DNA of 64,000 bases from Ignavibacteriales bacterium (GTDB lineage: Bacteria; Bacteroidota; Ignavibacteria; UBA10030; SZUA-254): contig JACRFD010000070.1 of assembly GCA_016218025.1 (NCBI GenBank), positions 2,745 to 66,744 on the forward strand. The letters are read 5' to 3'. A model generated the notes under the pieces. That model did no database searches, was not told where the DNA came from, and saw nothing but the letters and a program-made list of their open reading frames with translations. The translations under genes and the position numbers were made by a program. The first letter of the stretch is position 1. Each line of letters begins with the position of its first letter. Shown piece by piece: positions 42,001-51,000 of the stretch.

Positions 42001-45000
42001 GTTTCACCAGTTGGAGTTGCTAAATTATCGTTCACAAAAATATTTTGAACATTTCCTGAGCCAAAAATATTAATACTCCCCATACCAAATCCTCTGTTCA
42101 AAATTTGATTTCTTTGAATAGACAAAGCTGAAACTTCCGACAATGGACTAAATGGTTTTGGAGTAGTGAGATTGCTCGCTTTTCTTTCTGCCCAAATCTT
42201 TTTAATATCTCTATCCTTTTCTCGAATCTTTTGAGCTTTGAATCTTTCCTTCAACTTATTATATCTTTCACGTGAAGTAGGAGATGAAAGGCTCATTTGC
42301 ATTTTATTACTCTTAGACGTTAACCATTGCTCGGGAGTATAGAAGTTCTCGATAGTTATACCGTCTCCGTCGTAGTTTCCACTGATGTTGTTGTCGTCAA
42401 TATTTAATGTGTAGGCATAAACATCCATAACATAAATTCCTGCCCAACTTCCAACGGTATCGCTGCCTATAATCTTATTGCGAGATACTGAAGCACTACT
42501 ATGTAATTCCTCATTCCATGGATAAAAGAAAAATTGTATCCCAGCTTCAGAAAAATCAGTAATTGTATTGTTATCAACTTTCACATGCTGCATGTTATCA
42601 TCGCAAAAGTATAGACAACCATCATGAATAATATTTCCGCAAACACTCATTTGCCCGGGTCCATATCCATGCAAATGCATAGCCCAATTGAATCCGCTTA
42701 TTGTATTGCTATCGTATTTAACAACACAACCATCAATTTCGCTCGTAGGATATAGTGTTATACCTTCCTCTCCGACTGGATAATTTCTTAAATCTGATGG
42801 CTCCATTTTTCTATTTTTACCTTGTAAACTAAATGGATCGATGGCAATGACAGAGTTATTGGAGACATTGAAATTTGTTGGTCCATAACATTCACCAAGC
42901 CAGATGCCCCATCCGCCATTTGTTCTTACATTGTTTTCTCGCACAATGAAATCACCTCCTGTAGCTATCTCTCCCCCATCAATCCCAATACCTTGATGTC
43001 CGGGATTATTAATGATATTGTTTTTTATCCAAATCCGCCCGGTTCCAGAGAACCAGCCCATATACATTCCAACGTCCGATGCCTCGGAAGATAAAAATGA
43101 ATTGTCAATGATATCAATTGCTCCCCCTCCATTCATCTCAGAAATTGACATCGGTCCCATACCACCACCGGCATAATTGATCGTGTTATTTTTAATTGAT
43201 AGCATGGTATAATCGTTAGTCGATTTTACTCTATTTGTTGCATTTGATTTCTTTATTTTTCTATCTCTCCATCTTTGTTCGGTTTCAGATTTCAGTTGAG
43301 AAAGATCCCTTTGATGCATTTTTTGATATTTCTGCGTTACACGATCTTTAAGTGATATTGATGCTGGTGCGTAATTGTTTGATACCTTAACATTTGCTTT
43401 TCCAGTGAATATCGGTCCAGTACCGGTGAAACTCCCAAGCATTATTCCATCACCCTGATAGTTACCATTAATCGAATTATTCTCAACCTTGAGGTAGTTC
43501 GATTCAACATATTCATTGTAAATTCCAACGTACCCACCTGAGGTATCGCTTCCGATGATTGTATTATTTAAAATATTTAAACCACCTTCACCTGCTCGAT
43601 CAACCATAAATCCGTTAAACCAAATACCTGCTTCTGAAAATTCGGAAATCTGATTACGGTTTATACTCAAACTCCCTCCACGTAATTCATCTTCACACCA
43701 GATACCTCCATCAACCAAAGTATTATTCGACAAACTTATTTGTCCGGAACTTATATACCATGGGTGTATGCCGAAATAAAATCCATTAACACGATTGCTA
43801 TCGACCAACACCCTGCTGTCGGCAAGAGTTTCATTGCTTCCTCCAAACGCAATTCCGTCTCCGCCAATCGGATAATTTATCTGGGAAACCATTTGAGATA
43901 TTTTTTGTTTATAATCCATCATCATCGATTCAGATGCATTTACTAAATTATTTTTAATCTCTAAAATCTTTGGCTCCCATATTTCACCTAACCATAATCC
44001 TGCATCACCGCTCAAAATGTTTATCTCGTTATCTCTAACTATGAATGAACCACTCGGATAAATTTCCGCTCCTTCTACCCAAATACCTCCCATTCCTGAT
44101 GCACCGGTATATTTGTTTTGCTTTATATTTACATCTAATACCGGACCATTTATGGGTCCTAAATATAAACCACAATCTGCACCATCAACTGTCCGGAGAT
44201 CATTATTTTCAATATTTACGGTAAAAGGACCCTGCACCTCACCAATATTAATTGGTCCCATTCCTGCACCCGCATAATTTATTAAGTTGTTACTGATTGA
44301 TAAATAAGAATTACTTGATGTTAAAGGTGCTTGAGATTGGATATTTTTTGTATTCATTCCTTTACTATGCTGGAGTTTTGATTGAGCAATTATCTCTTTA
44401 CGATCTTTTGATTTCATCTTCGATCTTAATTGTAAAATCCGTTCCTTGAGAGGAAGGTTATTATTTGTTGATCGGTTTGTACTAAGCAAATTATAGTTAT
44501 AGTCTTCAGGGCTATAGACACCTCCTAACATAATTCCATCGCCAAAATAATTTCCTGTTATCGAATTATTTTCAATTAAAAGTCGATAACTTTCAAATCC
44601 ATCACTCATAATTCCAACATATGATCCGAGAGTATCACTTCCAACGATTGTATTGTTTTTTATACTTAGTTCGTTTGGAATACCGGGAGTAAACGCATAA
44701 AAATTGGAAGTGTATATTCCGGCTTCACTGAAATCAATTATTTCGTTTCCTTCGATATTAGAATGATTTGCCGCATGATCTTCGATGAAAATACCACCGT
44801 CTTTGAGATTATTATCTTTTATAGAGACTAGATCAGAATAAATGAATGGATAAATCCCATAATAATATCCAATTACTACATTACTGTCTATATTAAGACT
44901 TGATCCATTTTCCCAAGTATTGTTGCCCCACAGTGTGATTCCCTCATTACCTACGGGATATCCTTGAATGCTTCTATTATTTTTTTGATTCGAGGAAAAA

Positions 45001-48000
45001 ATTGTGGTGTCTTTACCAACGACGAAATTATTTTTTACTTCTATACTTTTGGGTTCCCAAAGTCCATAAAAAGCAAGCCCACTACCACCATAATGATTTG
45101 TACTTACCTTATTATCGTTAATTTTTACAAAACCGTCATTCGCAACTTCTATACCCTCGGAAACAATGCCACCCCAATTACCTATACCACTAACATCATT
45201 ATTTTCTATCCTAAGAGACGTTAACGGACCATCCATCACACTAATATACATACCACAATCGATGGTTGCTGTTATTTTGTTATCGCAAATACTTACAGCA
45301 GATCCTGTACTTTGGACTGTTCTGTTTTTTCTGTCCGGATTTTTTGTATTCTCAATATATTTCTGTTTGGCAGTTAATTTAACTTGATTCCGATCTCTTG
45401 ACTTAAGAGCATTAATCTTAGCTTGTATTTTCTCTCTTAACGCTTTGTGATTTAATGTTGCCGAGTTCGTTTCAGTAAAATTCTTTTTGGTTTTATAATC
45501 GGGTCGAATCCCTGAGAAACCATCCATAAATATTCCACCAATAAAACCTGAGATATCATTTTTATTAATGTTCAAGAAAGAACCGCTTGCATACCCGCCA
45601 ATGGCAGTTGCTGCAATTCCTTTCCCATCAAATTTATTGTTTTCAATATTGATGCTTCCATTTTCTGTTTCTAACCAGACAGATGCATCGGCATTGTTTG
45701 CCAAGAAAGAATTTCTGAGATCGATAGCAGTTGAGCCGGCAGCATATAAACATTGACCGACATTTTGAATCGTGTCATTATTCAACGTTAGACTTGAATT
45801 ATATCCCCATGTTTCAAATCCGTTGTAAACATTACCCCCATCTAGTGTAATATTAGTGAAGGAAATATTTGGGCATAATTCTTCCATACGTACAGCCGCT
45901 TCCCAACCATGAAGAGTATCTAACACAAATCTTAATTGATTAAATTGAACATTTGAGATATTGATTAGATGGATACCAACTGGAGCTTCCATTGTATCAG
46001 TAAATTCAAAATAAATTGTTGATTTACCAATGCCTTGTGGTTCGATAATTAACGGAGGAGCCGAAGGTTTATTATCGATTGGATACAGTAAAAGCGATTG
46101 CTCGTAATATGCAGTATCTAATAGCTTCAATCTAAGCGTGTCACTTATAAAACAAACGTTTATAGAATCGAATGCTTCTTTAAGCGTAGTATAATTACCA
46201 CCGACTCCAACTGTTTTTAGACCGGAAATTGACGGTGGAGATAGTCTACCAATTCCGCTGAGATATACAGTGCTTACTGGCTGATCAGGATCATTACTGT
46301 TTATCGTTAATGAAGCGTTGAATTCACCCACCTCAACAGGATTAAATATGACATATATCGATCCTTTGGTTCCAACAGGAATTGTCAATGATGAAGGTGT
46401 AGCCGTGAATAATGAATTATTGGTTGTAATATTATTTAATATTAACTCTGCTGTTCCGGTGTTACGAACAAAGAATGAATCAATTTTTCCTATGTTTAGG
46501 TAAGTAGAATCAAATTTTATTGAGTCTCTCATAACAGCGATATCAGGAATACCGGTAACTGTCAAAGAGGCAGACACATTTTTCTGAGGAGAAACAGGAT
46601 CATTAGATGATACTACAAGATTTGCATTAAAATTTCCTCCGTATAATTCTTTAGCGTTTATCTTCAAATCGATTTGTTGATTTTGCCCCGGCTGTATAAC
46701 TCCGGTAATTTGTGACTCTGAAAGCCAAACTGATGTGCCACCCGCCAACATCCCATTTTTACAGAGTCCTGATTGGCTTCCATAGCATTCCCCTGTATTT
46801 GGATTGTATTTAGCTGTAATACACTGATCCGAGGCATAAAGTGTGTCACCGCAAAATCCCATAGATCTTATATAGTTAACAGGCTGCCATGAATTGATTA
46901 CTGAACCATCTACTAAACTTAATTCATAAATCGCATTGCCATAATTGCTCACAAATAATCTGCCGTTGCCACCATCCATACCACCGCCGATATAAACCGG
47001 AGGCACTATGCTTCGCAATATCGCACCATCATAAGGATTCATTTCATAAATAGTATTGGAGTTAGGCGCTAAGGCATACAATTTACCGTTGACAAAAGCT
47101 AAGTCTTGTATAGTTTCAGGTGGTTGTGAATAACGCTTAATTACTTTTCCGGTAAATGGATCAACAATGTATATTTTTGAATCATAATTATTCGAAACAT
47201 ATAATCGTTGCCCAGAGAAAGCCAAACCTGATTCCATCCACCAGTAGGTGACGGTGGGCAAAGATATTGCTCTTATTGGATTACCGGTATTAAGATCTAT
47301 TTCATATATCTTATTTCCGTTGACACTGAATAATCGCCTGCCTAAATTATTTATTGAGCTTAACGCTGTTGGAATGGTTAATTCTTCTAAAGATTTATCG
47401 TCCACGTTCTCGTATTTCCTTGATGGCTCGGCAACTTTTATATTCTTAATTGAAGAAAGGATTTTATAATTAGTTACTGGAGGCGGTACCGGGAAAATGA
47501 ATTCATTTTCAATGTCATATTGAAGCTCACCCAAACCAGAATTATTAATTATAAAAGAAGAAGTTGTACTGTCCCCTTCTAATAGCGTGAATGAAAGAGT
47601 TTGTGGATTTACTCCGATAACCGGTGGGTGCATTGCTTTTCCACTCACGGGTATTAGATATGTTCCATTACTCGGATCATTTGATGTAAAAGTGATATTT
47701 CCCGTAATGTTTCCAGATGTTGTGGGAGAAAACCTCACTACCAATTTTTGTTTTCCTGACGGATTCAAAGTAAATGAACTTAGATCAGTACTGAAAGATG
47801 GATTACCAGATGAAATATTGCCTATGATCAGTGATTGAACACCGGTATTTTGGACAAGCAGTGTATCGGTTTTACTGTATCCGACAAATGTCGAATCAAA
47901 AGTAATTGTTGAAGGAGTAACATAAATATTCGGCGCGCCAATTACATTTAGGGTTGTTGACACAGTGATCGAGTCATCATCAGGATCATTACTTATCACA

Positions 48001-51000
48001 AGCAAGTTGGAATTGATTGTACTTGTATCTATACCGAAACCATTGAATGTAATTTCGATGTTTTGGGCTTGACCTGGCTGGATAGTTCCTGCGGAAGGAA
48101 TAACTGTTATACATTCTTGAATACCATCATCGATCTGATACAATGTCGGTGACCAACTCGAATTAACCCACCAAAGATCTTGACCATTATGCGCCAGACT
48201 ATATGAACCACAACATCCTAAATCAAATTCTTTTATGATATTTATACCACTATTCACGATTGATAATTGCACAACACGCCCACCATCTGTTGTGCCCCAT
48301 AAGTTTCCGGAACTATGCTGTGGAACCCACACCATCCCGGTTAACCAATAAGGTAACCCGGTAATTGTTTCGATTACATCACCCGAATAATCAACACGAT
48401 ATAAATTTCCACTCCACCATGGCGTTGCTACAAAATACTCGCCATCCCATGTTAAAGTATGCGGTGATCGAGTGTGTAACGAAAATGAGCCTATCCTATT
48501 TCCATTCAAATCGTATCCGTAAACGTTACCACTATTATTTCCTATCCAGAGATATCTTCCATCTGAAGTAATTCCCCAAGCATTATAATGGATTGTAAAA
48601 CCTCCAACAACACTTTGTGTTTTTACATCATAAATTTGAATTCTACTATTACATCGATCAACTACATAGATTTTGTTGCCTAACCAGACCATGCCATAAT
48701 TACAATTTGGAAAGTTTAAATATGTCCTGATGATATTCCCAACACTTGAGATTGTTCTTTGTTCTTGAGAAGATTTAGATAATAACTCTTCAATATTATT
48801 AACGGTATCAGGACGTGATTCGTCTGCGTAGAAACCAATTTTATTTTCGTGTAAGACTGAAGGTTGACGTAATTTTGTTTTGGGTGTTATCGCTGAAATT
48901 ATTTGGTTCAAATCGATGTTGAACGTTAAATCGCTTTCGCCAGTATTGCTTATGTTAATTTGTTGAACATCGGTATCACCGGAGTATATTGTTGCTGAGA
49001 GTGAAAGTGGTGAGACCGAGATATTAGCCGGAGCATAACGGCTGCCAAAATTAAATCCGGTTGTATCTTCTCCCCCAACTATCTCAATCGTGTAACTACT
49101 CGAGGCAAGCGGAGATGTTTGCGCCCAATTGTTTTGTAATTCAAGACTTATAGTGTATGAACCGGGTAAGAAGATATTAAGATTATAATTTCCATTTGCA
49201 TCTGTAAGAGTAGAGCCATTTGCAGTGCCAGAAAATTTTATTTTCCAACTCTCTAAAAATCCCTCACTCCCATCTTTTATACCGTTGTTGTTTTCATCGT
49301 TCCAAACGATACCACTAACAATACTTTTATTCGATGGTATTTCCATGATATATCGAAAACCACCGCCATCTGTACCATTGTTCCACTTGCCCGTCTCGCC
49401 ATAATTAATATATCCATAAAGTTCTCCTCCTCCATTTGGTTCACCCGGATACCAGTTCGTATAAATTAATTCTTCCCCTGTTATCCAGCACCAATTACCT
49501 ATGTTATTCTCATCTGTGAGTCCAATACAAAATTGTTCATAAGGGGATAAATTGGCTATAAAATTATTTTCCTCAGCACTTCCGATTGTAACCAAATGAC
49601 CGCCGCTTGCTTCGCAATCAGCTTTTGCTTCTTGCCAAGATTTTCCGAATTTTGAAACATAATAACGGCTGCCGTTGAATTCCCCCGCAAAAGTAAACAA
49701 ATCAAAATTGATTTCAGTATGGTTACCGAAATTAATATCTGTTAGTTGTTGGCCCTCTGCCAGTGAAATATTATATGATCCTGAGATCGAAGGATATGTT
49801 TGAGTCCAGTCGGTTTTATTTTCTCCACTGATGACGTAGCTGCCTGAATTCAAATACCAAAATGTATAATTACCATTTACATCGGTAATTGTTGAATCTG
49901 TTTTATCTCCGCTAAGATATACTTTCCAGTTTGGTAGTCCGGATTCATCAATATCTTTAATACCATCGCCATTTAAATCATTCCAAATAAGTCCACTAAT
50001 CTTACTCCGACTTAATGGTATTTCCATGATATAACGAATATTCTGATTATTTGGGGCATCATTCCATCGCCCGAGTTCGCCGTAATTTGTATGAACATAA
50101 TGTTCAATTCCACCTCCATTATTTGGTTCCCCCCACCACCAATTAGTGTAAATAGTTCCTTCACCAGTAACCCATTGCCAAGTCCCTTCTACTGATTCAT
50201 CTGTATATCCAATCCAATATGTTTCAGACGGAGAAATATTGGAAACAAAATTATTTTCATCAGCACTTGAAATTGTTACTAAATGCCCGCCGTTTGCTTC
50301 GCAATCTGACTTTGCGTCATGCCAATATTTTGCATTTGTTGAGATGTAATATTTACTTCCATTAAACTCACCGGCATAAGTAAATAAGTTGGGATCAACA
50401 GCAGGTGGTTTATTACCGAAGTTTTTATCTGTAACATTTGCTCCCGCAGTGATTTCAACATCATAGCTACCCGGTGCGGATGGATATGTTTGCGTCCAAT
50501 CTGTTTGCTGGGTCTCGGATATTGTATATGTCCCTAACGGTAAATATGAGAATGTATATTCACCATTTGAGTTGGTTGTGGTAGAACTATTTATCAGACC
50601 AGAAATATTTATCGTCCAATTTGCTATACCTGGTTCGCCGGATTGTCTTACTCCATCTCCGTTAATATCCCGCCACTTTAAGCCGCTGATTGAACCAGTT
50701 AAAGAAGTTAATCCATCAATCTCTAAAATATATTTGGTTGCATAACTTTCATTTACATCATGCCATTTTCCCAATCCAGTATAATTTGTTACGCAATGAT
50801 TTTCACCAGTTCCTCCTCCTGGCTCAGTCCAATCCCAACCGGTGAAACTAACTAATTCTCCAGTCAGCCATCTCCAATCACCTTCGGTTAATTGATCAGT
50901 AAATCCTATATAAGCCACTTCAGAACTTCCCAAGCCGCCCACAAAATTATTTTCTTCTCCGCTTGAAATTGTAACTAAGTGACCTCCATTCGTTTCACAA

